In this document: piece after piece, positions 1 to 12,717 of the stretch
Numbering within the stretch: position 1 is the first letter of the stretch
Layout of the letters: each line of letters begins with the position of its first letter
Translations under genes and position numbers: made by a program
The notes under the pieces: model-generated
Told to the model about the DNA's origin: nothing
Database searches by the model: none
Seen by the model: the letters and a program-made list of their open reading frames with translations, nothing else
Source: Calditrichia bacterium
Lineage (GTDB): Bacteria > Calditrichota > Calditrichia > JAJRVZ01
Assembly: GCA_963777955.1 (NCBI GenBank)
Contig: CAVZSQ010000015.1
Location: forward strand, 224,001 to 288,000
DNA: 64,000 nt
Direction of reading: 5' to 3'

Positions 1-857
1 CGGTTGTTAGGATCCTGGAAAAACATATTTGCTTCAAAAAATGCAGATTGACCCGATACAGAATCTATGACTGTCGTATCACGCCGGGATTCGCCGAATA
101 ATTTATCCAGATTGACCGTACTGTCGCCGGTGGATTCTTCTTCCTCCCCCTGGATCATCGTACTGTCCGAGGGTGTTACCTTCGACTGAATAAATTTAAA
201 CAGTTTATCCGAAACATTAGCGCAGATTTCAGGATCACGCAGCAGACGAAATTCCAGTTTGGCTGTTTTACCGATCAGTTCACGCACCCGTACCGGATCG
301 GTGATCCCTGCCAATTCAATGATAAGACGGGAATCCCCCTGCCGCTGAATAATTGGTTCGGCCACGCCGAATTGATCAACACGGTTAGTAAGAATTTCCA
401 GGGCCCGGGTGACGGTTTCGGAGGACTGGGTGCGCAGATATTCAATAATTTTTTCTTCCGTATTCAATTCACGGCTGCCGTAATAGCGCATCAGGTTGCT
501 GCCGGCAACCTGTAAATTGGTATTCAACACGCCTATGAAATCTTCGTTACTGTCCTCGGTCTCAGCAGCACTCTTGTCCAAGGCGGCAGTGAAGATTTCA
601 TTCTTGTTTTTAGCCAGTTGATTCAGCAATTCTTTAATATCAACTTCCATCACAATATGCATGCCACCCTGTAAATCCAAGCCCATATTAATCGTTTTCG
701 ACCTGAGTTTAATCATGGCCTTCTTATCCTTAACTTCCATGGCAGCAATCTGCTCTTTAGTCATGGAGGATAATTGATAGGTCGGATAAAGCAAGTAAAT
801 AGCTAACAGTACTGCCAGGGTGATAAATATAAATTTAACTGTAATACTCGTCCGCAT
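1..857 (-). CDS. secD: Protein translocase subunit SecD, N-terminal part (runs off the window start)
   Basis: Not in the ORF track; translated by hand from ATG 857 with an AGGAG RBS upstream. It has an N-terminal TM helix and the motifs MGLDLQGGMHIVMEVD, NRVDQFGVAEPIIQRQG and LIGKTAKLEFRL. Confidence 0.93.
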   Translation of the reverse strand, partial: MRTSITVKFIFITLAVLLAIYLLYPTYQLSSMTKEQIAAMEVKDKKAMIKLRSKTINMGLDLQGGMHIVMEVDIKELLNQLAKNKNEIFTAALDKSAAETEDSNEDFIGVLNTNLQVAGSNLMRYYGSRELNTEEKIIEYLRTQSSETVTRALEILTNRVDQFGVAEPIIQRQGDSRLIIELAGITDPVRVRELIGKTAKLEFRLLRDPEICANVSDKLFKFIQSKVTPSDSTMIQGEEEESTGDSTVNLDKLFGESRRDTTVIDSVSGQSAFFEANMFFQDPNN

Positions 858-914
858 TCAAACTACTCCTTTTTTCTGCTTAGGCGCACAATATTTTATA
901 TTAAAAAGATTTAA

Positions 915-943
915 AATTTAATTTTATAGTCTATTAAAGTCAA
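915..943 (-). promoter_or_regulatory. Putative sigma70-type promoter for secD (TTGACT-17-TAAATT)
   Basis: -35 at 938-943 and -10 at 915-920 on the minus strand, 17-nt spacer, in AT-rich intergenic DNA. Confidence 0.55.
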
Positions 944-987
944 TGAAAATAAAGATTTCTTTCTTTGGTTTATCCGGGTTTTTGCTG

Positions 988-3091
<2,104 letters not shown>

Positions 3092-3187
3092 TTATTTATC
3101 GTAACAAGACCGAATATCTGATGATTATACTTGCAGTAAAAGAACAATACCTGCGGCAGAATGGAATTCCGGTCAGGGAAATTAAAG

Positions 3188-3216
3188 TTGATTTTCCAGG
3201 TAAAATTTATTAGTTT
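3188..3216 (+). promoter_or_regulatory. Putative promoter for the lipoprotein-pdxJ-like-GH2-like-smc cluster (TTGATT-17-TAGTTT)
   Basis: Hexamers with a 17-nt spacer, about 30 nt upstream of ATG 3246. Confidence 0.35.
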
Positions 3217-3245
3217 TACAATCCGAGTAACATAATATTTAATAA

Positions 3246-3857
3246 ATGTTTATAAAAAAAATAGTTCAGGGATTATCAATTGTAACCTTAATCGTTTGTT
3301 GCACAAATCCCTTCGAAACGCGGTCTGTGGAAAAACCCGACACCGATAAAAATTCCGATATTTTTAATCAACCGACCAGCTGTGAAGTCGTGCTGAGCAA
3401 TTTCCGTTATGCTCTGATTCAAAAAAATGTATCCAATTATATGAGTTGTTTTATCGATACCAGTTTCGTTCAGTCATTTGTTTACGGGTTCAAGCCCGAC
3501 GAAACTTTTCCTCCCGAACGATTTCAGGGTTGGTCTTTAATCGATGAAGAGAATTATTTACGTAATGTTATAACCGAAGCCGGTACGGGTATGGTCAGTT
3601 TTGAGTATGTCGATGCTGTCGACGACATCACGTTTACCCCTATCTCAGCAGCAATCGATTCCGTGCAAACTTCACCATTTGAATATAAACTGCAGGTGGA
3701 GCTGGACAGCCTGGTCACTTTTTCCGGCATTGCCAGAATGAAGCTGGTAAAAAACTCTAATTCATTGTGGGCGATCTATTATTGGGAAGATACACGGAAT
3801 GCAGAGGGTAATCCCAATACCTGGTCCTTGCTCAAATCTATTTACAGGTTTAATTGA
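3246..3857 (+). CDS. Hypothetical lipoprotein
   Basis: Signal peptide ending IVCC followed by TNPF; C-terminal WAIYYWED; paralogous to the next gene. Confidence 0.75.
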   Translation: MFIKKIVQGLSIVTLIVCCTNPFETRSVEKPDTDKNSDIFNQPTSCEVVLSNFRYALIQKNVSNYMSCFIDTSFVQSFVYGFKPDETFPPERFQGWSLIDEENYLRNVITEAGTGMVSFEYVDAVDDITFTPISAAIDSVQTSPFEYKLQVELDSLVTFSGIARMKLVKNSNSLWAIYYWEDTRNAEGNPNTWSLLKSIYRFN

Positions 3858-4369
3858 TGATGCGCAGCGGATTTTTCATTGGCATACTATTGGTTATTTG
3901 CGGGTGTGACAATCCCTTTGCACCTGCTTTGACCAAAAGCAATCAGCAGGTGTTCAATATTGTTACCCAGCAACGCTCCCCGGTCGAGGCCCTGACTAAT
4001 TTCCGCTATGCCTATGCTTTTAAAGATTCATTGATCTATAGTGATTTACTGGACAGTACATTTATTTTTTTATCCAAGAATTACGGCACTAATCCCCCCA
4101 CGGATATTAACTGGGGGCGTGATGTAGATATTAAAACCACGATTGGACTATTCCGGCATTTTGAGATACTTGAATTGATCTGGGGTACCATTTTATTTTA
4201 TGAATACAGCCTGGACTCTGCCCAATCCGAGATAAAAGTAACTTTTCAACTTACATTTGATGGCGGAACGGAAATCCCGACACTGAAAGGCGAAGCTTTA
4301 TTTAATTTTCAGAAAAAATCATCGGGACGCTGGACCATCACCAGGTGGGAGGATTTATCAAGTTTTTAA
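3854..4369 (+). CDS. Hypothetical lipoprotein (paralog of 3246..3857)
   Basis: Lipobox ICGC followed by DNPF; shares NFRYA and W-x-I-x-x-W-E-D with the upstream gene; start overlaps the upstream stop. Confidence 0.75.
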   Translation: MMMRSGFFIGILLVICGCDNPFAPALTKSNQQVFNIVTQQRSPVEALTNFRYAYAFKDSLIYSDLLDSTFIFLSKNYGTNPPTDINWGRDVDIKTTIGLFRHFEILELIWGTILFYEYSLDSAQSEIKVTFQLTFDGGTEIPTLKGEALFNFQKKSSGRWTITRWEDLSSF

Positions 4370-4386
4370 TTCAAGGGGAGGTATAA

Positions 4387-5103
4387 ATGGGTAGGCTTGC
4401 TGTCAATATCGATCAGATTGCGGTGATACGGAATATGTTTGCTGATGTGGTACCTGATCCTGCTCATGCGGTTGTACTGGCAGAACTGGGCGGCGCTGAA
4501 TCAATCGTATGTCATCTGCGGGAAGATCTGCGCACTGTTAATGAACGTGATATAAAAATTATCCGGGAGATCTCAAAAACCCATCTCAACATTCGCAGTG
4601 CGATCAATAATGATATGGTAGGGAAATTATTGAAAATTAAACCCGATATGATCACCTTTGTCGCTTCTGCCTCGGATCTCTCCTGGGAACCAAAACCTGT
4701 CTTTATTGAAAGTCAATCGGAACAACTGAGTAATCATGTGGCAGATCTACGGGCCAATAATATTTTATCCAGTATTTTAGTCGAGCCGGAATTGAATCAG
4801 ATCAAAATGGCTGGTAAATTAGAGTTTGATTACATTGAATTGACAACTGAACGGTATACCGCAGCCGATGATCTGGATCAGCAAATAGCCGAATTAGAAA
4901 CAATCAATAATGCGGTTCTGGCGGCAAACCGGCTGGGTATGGGTGTCAATGCCAGCGGCAAATTAGAACAGGAGAATGTCGGGGATCTGGCCAAAATCAG
5001 CAATATCGATGATTTAATAGTCGGACAAGCGATCCTGATCAAAGCACTGTCATTGGGCTATGAGCAGGCAGTGCGGGATTTCATTAATTTAATGAACAAA
5101 TAA
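4387..5103 (+). CDS. pdxJ: PdxJ-family (pyridoxine 5'-phosphate synthase) protein with a degenerate active site
   Basis: LAVNID..IRN, PDP, HLRED and VNA landmarks align end to end with PdxJ, but several catalytic or substrate-binding residues are substituted (see findings). GGGGAGG RBS. Confidence 0.8.
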   Translation: MGRLAVNIDQIAVIRNMFADVVPDPAHAVVLAELGGAESIVCHLREDLRTVNERDIKIIREISKTHLNIRSAINNDMVGKLLKIKPDMITFVASASDLSWEPKPVFIESQSEQLSNHVADLRANNILSSILVEPELNQIKMAGKLEFDYIELTTERYTAADDLDQQIAELETINNAVLAANRLGMGVNASGKLEQENVGDLAKISNIDDLIVGQAILIKALSLGYEQAVRDFINLMNK

Positions 5104-5139
5104 AATTGACTGTCTAACCAGCACAATAAACCGGGTTGT

Positions 5140-7734
5140 ATGCCAGGAAAAAATAATTCACCGCTAGATTTTAAGGTACAATCCAGACCGTTAATCCAAC
5201 AAGCAAATACTTTATTGCTTTTGAGCATCATCTTGACACTCTGGCAATCCGGTCAGGCCCGGGGTGCTTATGCGGATCTGCTACAGAAAAACAATCCCGA
5301 TCCGATAGTCCTGCTTGATCAGGACTGGCAGGTCAGGATTGATGATAATCAGAATACACAAACTGTTGCCCTGCCCTATTTTGTACAGGAACCGGTGGAA
5401 CAACTGTCTTTCTCAAAAAAGTTTTTAATTGCCGATACACTGCGGAATTATAATCTGCGCATCTGTTTTCTTGGTCTCAACGGCGTGGCTACCATAAAAA
5501 TTAATTCCAAGTCAATCCGCAAGCATCTGAACCTGCTCTCCAGTTTTTTTGTAGATATCCCGGCAGATTTATTGCAACCCGGGGCAGAAAATATACTGGA
5601 GATAGTTCTTGTTCCTGCTGCTGAATATGAACAGAGTATTCCACAGGTCGTACAGGTTTTCCGGGCACCTTCCTGGCTGGGAATTCTTCGTGAAATATAC
5701 CTGGAATTCATTCCTCCGCTTTCCGTTTCCAATTTCAAGTACGCTTTCACAGCTAATCGGTTGAATTATTCTTACACCGTTTCTTTTCCAAAAACCGATC
5801 GGAGCGAGCCTGGTACAAATCCGCAAATTAAAATACTGGAGAGATTACTTACTCCTGATTTGGCCAGCATGGCCCTGGGTACGGCAGAGATCATTATTTC
5901 CGGTGATCAAGAAAATGTCGAGCACGAATTCCTGCTGCCCAATCCGGTCAGCTGGACGCCTCAGACCCCGGGAATCTACTGGCTGGAACTTGTACTGAGC
6001 GTGTCCGGACAACAGGAAAAGATATACCGTTTCCCGGTCTATCGCCGCCAGTTGCAAATTGTCTCCGGCAGTATCCAGGTAGAAGGTGCGCCCTTTTTGA
6101 TGAAGGGTATAAGTTACCGGGAAATGTATTCCGATCCCCGGGGTCGCCCCCTGAAATTCAATGAGTTCTACCGTAAACTGCAGGCGGACTTGCAGACCAT
6201 TAAGCAACTGGGTTTCAATACCGTACGTTTTCCTGCCGAACCTCCCCATCCTTATTGTGCCTATCTGGCGGACTCCCTGGGATTATTCATTCTGGTAGAA
6301 AATGGAATCTGGCGATTGCCTGCCTCGAATCTGATTCAAGATTATTTAATCCAGGCCAGCTGGGCTTTGGCCGATGAGATTTTACTGACTTTCCAGCAAC
6401 ATCCCTGTTTGCTGGCTCTGGGGATCGGGCAGGAGATCCCGGTGCATTTGCCGGAGGCCCGCAAATATTTGACATATTTGACCGATTATCTGGATCAACG
6501 CAATAAAATCTTACGCTACATTGCTCCGCTGGATTATACACAATTGCCTTCGGCAGATAACCGTGTTGATTTTTACCTGATTGATAAGTATGATCAGGGC
6601 ATCTTTGATTTACTTGATTCAGCACCGGTATTTAACCGGTTAATGACGGTCAATAAACCTGTTATACTGGGAACAGTAGGTTTCAGGGCCCCCCTGCCCG
6701 CGGATCAGGATTCTCAGCGGCAGAATGAGTATCAGATCAGCCGGGCTCAGCGATTTTTCAAACTCTACCAGCCCTATGCGGATAAATGCGGGTTCATCTG
6801 GGACAGTTATCAGGACTGGTGGGCAGCCGTACCGGTTTCAATCGGCCGTAAAGTCACAGAGAGCGGGTGGATCTATCCTTATGGCTTATTGACCTATACG
6901 GGAGAAAAAAGGGATCTGTATCAGAAGTTGCCGGCTTTCATGAATTTTGATTTTTCAGAAATCTTTGAAGAAGCGAAAGATTCCAAATCGTCCAATTTTT
7001 TCAGTATCTCCACTTTTATCTGTTCGCTTATATTTCTGCTGTTCTATCAGCGGAATTACCGTTTTAAAGAAAACATTAAAAGATCGTTAGCACATCCTTA
7101 TGGATTTTTTGTGGATCTGCGGGACCGGCGTATTATCTCCATTTTAAATTCAACGGTTATCGGTATCTTCTCCAATTTAATGGTGGCAATTTTACTGGCG
7201 GCACTGGCCTTCTATTACCGCGATAATCTGTTATTTGAAGAGGTGGCTACCGTGATAACGGTTCCCCTGGGGGCAAAAGAAATCTACCTCACTATTCTGC
7301 AGAGTCCCCTGCGGACTATGCTGTTTATTTCATGCTGTCTGTATCTGGCGCAATATATGGTGGCGTTGCTGTTGAGATTCATGAATTTTTTTACCGAAAC
7401 GAAACCGCGGTTCCGGCAATTAGTGGCCATGTGCAACTGGGCTGGAGCGCCGCTGATTTTATTGCTGCCGTTGAGCATGTTCTCTCTGCACCTGCTGCCT
7501 AATGCCGGCATGCCCAGTATGATCTATTATGTGCTGATCATCTTTTTCTGTTGGTACAATTTTCGCCTGGGCAGCGGGATCAGGGTATTTTTCCTGATAC
7601 ACTCTTATAAGGTACTGTTGATACTGGTCTTGATCTATGCAATCCCAGTCTGTATCTTTTTGTTTTTGAACGGAAATAATTATGAGCTCATTGATTATCT
7701 GAGTTTACTGCGCGAAGCGGGAAATTTATTTTAG
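5140..7734 (+). CDS. GH2-like glycoside hydrolase fold fused to a C-terminal multi-pass membrane domain
   Basis: Signal peptide; GH2-type segments WTPQTPGIY, IKQLGFNTVRF, LADSLGLFI and HPCLLALGIGQE; about 6 TM segments in the last ~250 aa. Confidence 0.75.
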   Translation: MPGKNNSPLDFKVQSRPLIQQANTLLLLSIILTLWQSGQARGAYADLLQKNNPDPIVLLDQDWQVRIDDNQNTQTVALPYFVQEPVEQLSFSKKFLIADTLRNYNLRICFLGLNGVATIKINSKSIRKHLNLLSSFFVDIPADLLQPGAENILEIVLVPAAEYEQSIPQVVQVFRAPSWLGILREIYLEFIPPLSVSNFKYAFTANRLNYSYTVSFPKTDRSEPGTNPQIKILERLLTPDLASMALGTAEIIISGDQENVEHEFLLPNPVSWTPQTPGIYWLELVLSVSGQQEKIYRFPVYRRQLQIVSGSIQVEGAPFLMKGISYREMYSDPRGRPLKFNEFYRKLQADLQTIKQLGFNTVRFPAEPPHPYCAYLADSLGLFILVENGIWRLPASNLIQDYLIQASWALADEILLTFQQHPCLLALGIGQEIPVHLPEARKYLTYLTDYLDQRNKILRYIAPLDYTQLPSADNRVDFYLIDKYDQGIFDLLDSAPVFNRLMTVNKPVILGTVGFRAPLPADQDSQRQNEYQISRAQRFFKLYQPYADKCGFIWDSYQDWWAAVPVSIGRKVTESGWIYPYGLLTYTGEKRDLYQKLPAFMNFDFSEIFEEAKDSKSSNFFSISTFICSLIFLLFYQRNYRFKENIKRSLAHPYGFFVDLRDRRIISILNSTVIGIFSNLMVAILLAALAFYYRDNLLFEEVATVITVPLGAKEIYLTILQSPLRTMLFISCCLYLAQYMVALLLRFMNFFTETKPRFRQLVAMCNWAGAPLILLLPLSMFSLHLLPNAGMPSMIYYVLIIFFCWYNFRLGSGIRVFFLIHSYKVLLILVLIYAIPVCIFLFLNGNNYELIDYLSLLREAGNLF

Positions 7735-7749
7735 GTAAGAAATCGATTT

Positions 7750-10700
7750 ATGTATCTGTCAAAACTGGATATCTTCGGCTTTAAATCTTTTGCGCAAAAG
7801 ACACATCTTAAATTCAACGACGGTATTGCCTGTCTGATCGGACCCAATGGTTCCGGTAAGTCGAATATTGTCGATTCGATTCGCTGGGTACTGGGCGAGC
7901 AGAAGACCAGCACCCTGCGTACCGATCGCATGGAAAGTGTCATCTTTAATGGTACGAACAGCCGTTCACCCCTGGGTATGGCCGAGGTATCCCTGACAAT
8001 TCAAAACACTAAGAACATCATTCAGAGTCCCTTCAGCGAAGTTGTTGTCACCCGCAGGCTCTACCGTTCCGGGGAAAGTCATTACCTGTTGAATAAAATG
8101 CCCTGCCGGCTGAAAGATATTCAGGATTTATTCATGGATACCGGTATGGGCGCTGATTCCTATTCCGTGATCGAATTAAAGATGGTGGAGAGCATTATCA
8201 GCGAGAATCCCGGTGAACGCCGGCATTTATTCGAAGAAGCAGCCGGTGTTACTAAATATAAATTCCGCCGTAAATCCGCATTGCGCAAACTGGAAACAAC
8301 CCAGCAGGACATGAGTCGTATCAGTGACCTGATCGCCGAAATCAACCGGACGGTCAACAGTTTATCGCGCCAGGTCGGCAAAGCCCGGCATTACCTGCGC
8401 TATAAAGATGAATTGAAAAAAGCGGAAACAGACCTGGGCCGTTATCGCTTCGGGCATTTCAATACCGAAGTAAATAATTTGCAGCAGCAACTGGATGAAG
8501 TGCACCTGATCAAAGAAGACACCAGTCAGCAGATTACACTTGAGGAAGCACTACTGGAGGATTATAAACGGGAAATTATTCAGAGTGAAGAGAACCTGAG
8601 AAAATTGAATGATCAGTTGTACCAACTGGATGAAAAAATTCATCAACTCAAGGAAGAGGAAGCCGTAGCCACTACCCGTAACCTGGCCATCCATGAAAAT
8701 ACAAAACGCAATCATGCCGATATTGCTGAATATACCCAGAAGATACAAAACGGCCAGCAACTCCTGCTGGAAGCACAGCAAACGTTGGGCCGGATCCGGA
8801 CGGATTTCGACCAGGCGGCTCTGGGTTTTAATAATCTGGAACAACAGTACCAGAAAGATGCAGAACAGTTGAGGCAGGAAAAACAGAGTTTAGATCAGGA
8901 AAATAAAACCATCCGGGTCCAGGACGAGGAGATGCGTACCCAAAAGGAGTTGCTGCAGGAGAAAAGTTTTCAATATAAAGTGAACCAGGATAAGGTACAT
9001 GCGATTAATCTCGAGGATCAGCACAAAATCACGCGGGAAAAAGAAATCGATTTGCGCTTGAGTGAATTGAATACCACGAAAACGACTCAACAGCAGGACC
9101 GGGACAAGATCCTGCTACAGATTAATTCTGCAGGCGAGCAACTGAACTCACTGGCGGAAAATATTACCCGGCAAATCGAACAACTCCATAAACTTGAAGT
9201 GCAACTGGAATTCACCACTACCCGCATCCATTTTTTTGAACAAATAATATCCAAGTATGAAGGACATGACCAGAGTACCCGTCTGGTTATGAATCAGCGT
9301 GCTGATTTTTCCGGAGTGCATGGTCCCCTGGCGGATTTTTTACAGGTGGATGACCGCTATCGGCCGGCGTTCGAAGTCTGCCCTGGGGGACATGCTGGAC
9401 TATCTGGTAGTCGATGATGTGCAGACGGCCAAAACACTCCTGCGCCATATCGAAAAAGGAAAACAGGGGCGCATCACCTGTATTCCGCTTAATCTGGTCA
9501 GTAAATTTAAACTAAGCGAAAACTATATTCCCGGACAATTGCAGGCATTGAGTAACCTGCTGCAGTGTCCTGAAATATATCTGAAGATTTTTAAGATTCT
9601 TTTGGGGGATATGGTTCTGGTCGCAGACCTGGATGAAGGTATTGCCCTGGCTGAACAGTACCCGGAATTACGGGTGGTGACCCACTCGGGCGAGATTATC
9701 GCCCATTCGCATCTGATTTCCGGGGGGACAAAAACGAGTGATGAGTTTTCGCTGTTAGGCCGCCGCGAACAACTGGCCAAAGTACGGCAGGAAAAGTCGC
9801 AGTTGGAGACAGATCACGAGAAAATCCGTACCGGCATAAGCGAACTGAACGACAGGCAGGATCAGCAGCACCGCGATCTGGCCGGCCTGAATTCACAACT
9901 CGAACATGTTCTGGCGCAGCTAAAAGATCTGGAGCGCGATGAATTACAGTTGCAGTATGAAAAGGATTTTATCCGCCAGAATCATGATAAACGCAGTTTT
10001 GATCTCGCCGGTTTGCAGCAGCAGCTGCAAATTCTGCAAACTGAAATCGGACAGATGACAGAATCCTGCCAGGGACTGCAGGACAGTTTACAGGTTAAGG
10101 AAAACCAGTATAGTCAGGCCCTGGCCATATTGGAAAATAAAAACAACGACCTGCAACTGGCGGCTCTGCAGGTCCAGGAGGCCAGGCTGCAACTGGAAAC
10201 GCAAAAAAACCAGATCAACAACCGCCAGGCGGATATTGTACGTACCGAACAGACGATAACTGAATTGAATGAACAGATCCGGAAACGGCAGGTCGAAATC
10301 GAAGAGATGCAGCTGCAGCTGCAGCAACTGGCCGAACGTAAATTACAACTGGAACAGGAAAAAATAGGTATCTGGCAAAACCGCGACCAGCTGGAAAAAG
10401 AAAAAGACAAAATTGCCCAGCAGTACCATGAACTCAAGGATAAAATTTTAAATCTGGAAACTCAGATCAAGCGTTTTCGTAAACAACATGATACATCGCT
10501 GGAACGTTCACGCCAACTTGAACTGAGCATCCAGGAATTGCAGATGAAATCGTCAGCGCTCAAGGACCGTTTAAAGGAAGAATATGAAGAAGACATCAGC
10601 GTGGGCATCGCTTTCGACAGTCTGAACGTTGAAGAAACTCAGCAGCAGATCGAGCATTTAAAATTGAAGATTACTCAACTGGGCCAGGTCAACCCCCTGG

Positions 10701-11272
10701 CGGTAAGTGAATATGACAAGGAAAAAGAACGATTGGATTTTTACACTAAACAATATAATGATCTGCTGGAAGCAGAAAAAACCCTGCGTGAGACGATTAA
10801 AAAAATAAATATCACGGCCCGTAATCAGTTTATCGAAACCTTCAATCAGATCAAACAGAATTTTGAAGGTGTTTTTAAGAATTTTTTCGAGAACGGTGAA
10901 GGCACCCTGGAATTGCAGCAGGAGTCTGACCCGCTGGAGGCGAATATCGAGATCCTGGTCCGGCCCAAAGGCAAGCGCTTGCAAACCATTGCCCTGTTAT
11001 CCGGCGGTGAAAAAACGTTGACCGCTATCTCCCTGCTTTTTGCAATTTATCTTGTAAAACCAAGTCCATTTTGTATATTAGACGAAATAGACGCTCCCTT
11101 GGACGATGTGAATATTAACCGTTTTACCAACGCCCTGAAAGAATTTTCCAAAGATACTCAGTTCATTGTGGTCACCCATAATAAACGAACCATGGAAGCG
11201 GCCAGCACTCTTTATGGTGTTACCATGGAAGAAGAAGGACTTTCAAAATTAGTTTCTGTCAAATTTAACTGA
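7750..11272 (+). CDS. smc: Chromosome segregation protein SMC, split by one frameshift near 9377
   Basis: GFKSF, Walker A GPNGSGKSN, coiled coils, hinge, LSGGEK signature and Walker B ILDEIDAPLD. Deleting t9377 restores the hinge sequence FEAALGD. Confidence 0.96.
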
Positions 11273-11300
11273 ACCTTAATATTTAATCGGGAAACATCAT

Positions 11301-12701
11301 ATGAAAAAACTAATCATCAGTGCCGGGATTATCATCAGTTGTTGCATACAGCATGCTCCGGCCCAGGTGGATTTTATTCCACTCCAGGTCGATTATGCCT
11401 GTTTTAAAGGCAGCACTAAAACCTATACAGAAATCTATCTTTCATTCGCCCAGAATTCGTTGATCTATAGTCCCAAAGATTCCCAATACGTTGCCCACTT
11501 CGATCAGGCTCTTGAAATAAAACAACAGGATTCTGTGGTTCAATCCATCCAGAGGAATTATAAGAATTCCATTATTAATCCGAACGAAATTAATCGGACG
11601 AACCAGTTCATAGATGTGTTTGCTGTAGAACTGCAGCCGGGAACTTATCAATTGCTGGCTGCCATCCATGATCAGACCTCGCAAAAAACGGGCGATTATG
11701 CGCTGGAGCTCACTATACCTGATTTTGATCAGGATTTCGCAGTAAGCCATCTGCAACTTTCCACCAGGATAGAAAAGACAGACCGTGAATCGAATTATAA
11801 CGCCAAGAATAATATCGAGATTATGCCTAATCCTTCCTGTACCTTTGGTCTGGGCTTTCCCATGCTTTATTTTTATTTTGAAGTATATAATCTGAAAATC
11901 GACAGTGTGGGAAATAACAAGTATTCCTATCATTATTACATCACGGATGCCGAAGGCAAGCGCCTGAGAGATTATCCGGAGAAAACCAAATCAAATAAAA
12001 CGAATACCGTTGCCGAAGCTACCGGGTCCAATGTGATCACCCTGAATTCCGACACCTATTACCTGAACCTGGAAGTCGCAGATCTTTTAGCAGATAAGAC
12101 TTCAGCTACCAGGAAGAAATTCACTATCGATAAACCGGCCAGACAATCTGCCGAGAAACAAGGTGACGGAGCTGTGGCAGAATCCAACGAATATCTGAAT
12201 TTTACGGAGCAGGAACTAAAAGCTGAATTCGAGCGGTCCCTGTACATTGTCCTGCCCGAAGAGAAAAAGATATTCAACAAGCTGGACCCGGAAGGAATGA
12301 AAAAATTCCTTTCTGAATTCTGGAAACGCCGTGATCCTGATCCCAGCACACCCGTCAATGAATTCAAGCGTACTTATTTTGAGAATTTGCAATTAGCCAA
12401 TGCCCAGTTTTCTTCCAATTTTAAAGAAGGCTGGCGTACCGATCAGGGGCGCGTATTGCTGATTTATGGCCGCCCCGATGAAATTGAACGTAATCCCAAT
12501 GCTATCAGTACCCAACCCTATGAAATCTGGCATTATTATTCACTGGAAGGCGGCTCCGAGTTTATTTTTGGTGATTTGAGCGGAAACGGTTATTTTGAAC
12601 TGCTGCATTCGACCTATCGTAATGAGATTAAAGATTATAACTGGCAGTCACGCCTGGGTGGCTTAAGATCAGGTAGTTCAAGTTCGGGTTTTAATAATTA
12701 G
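11301..12701 (+). CDS. GWxTD domain-containing secreted protein
   Basis: Signal peptide; FWKRRDPDP..NE and EGWRTDQGRVLLIYGRPD motifs. Confidence 0.88.
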   Translation: MKKLIISAGIIISCCIQHAPAQVDFIPLQVDYACFKGSTKTYTEIYLSFAQNSLIYSPKDSQYVAHFDQALEIKQQDSVVQSIQRNYKNSIINPNEINRTNQFIDVFAVELQPGTYQLLAAIHDQTSQKTGDYALELTIPDFDQDFAVSHLQLSTRIEKTDRESNYNAKNNIEIMPNPSCTFGLGFPMLYFYFEVYNLKIDSVGNNKYSYHYYITDAEGKRLRDYPEKTKSNKTNTVAEATGSNVITLNSDTYYLNLEVADLLADKTSATRKKFTIDKPARQSAEKQGDGAVAESNEYLNFTEQELKAEFERSLYIVLPEEKKIFNKLDPEGMKKFLSEFWKRRDPDPSTPVNEFKRTYFENLQLANAQFSSNFKEGWRTDQGRVLLIYGRPDEIERNPNAISTQPYEIWHYYSLEGGSEFIFGDLSGNGYFELLHSTYRNEIKDYNWQSRLGGLRSGSSSSGFNN

Positions 12702-12717
12702 CGGGTGGTATCCAGGA

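Noticed and set aside
7750..11272. SMC as a Wadjet/MksB or other defence ATPase
   Set aside because: It has a canonical housekeeping SMC head and hinge, with no jetABD-like neighbours.
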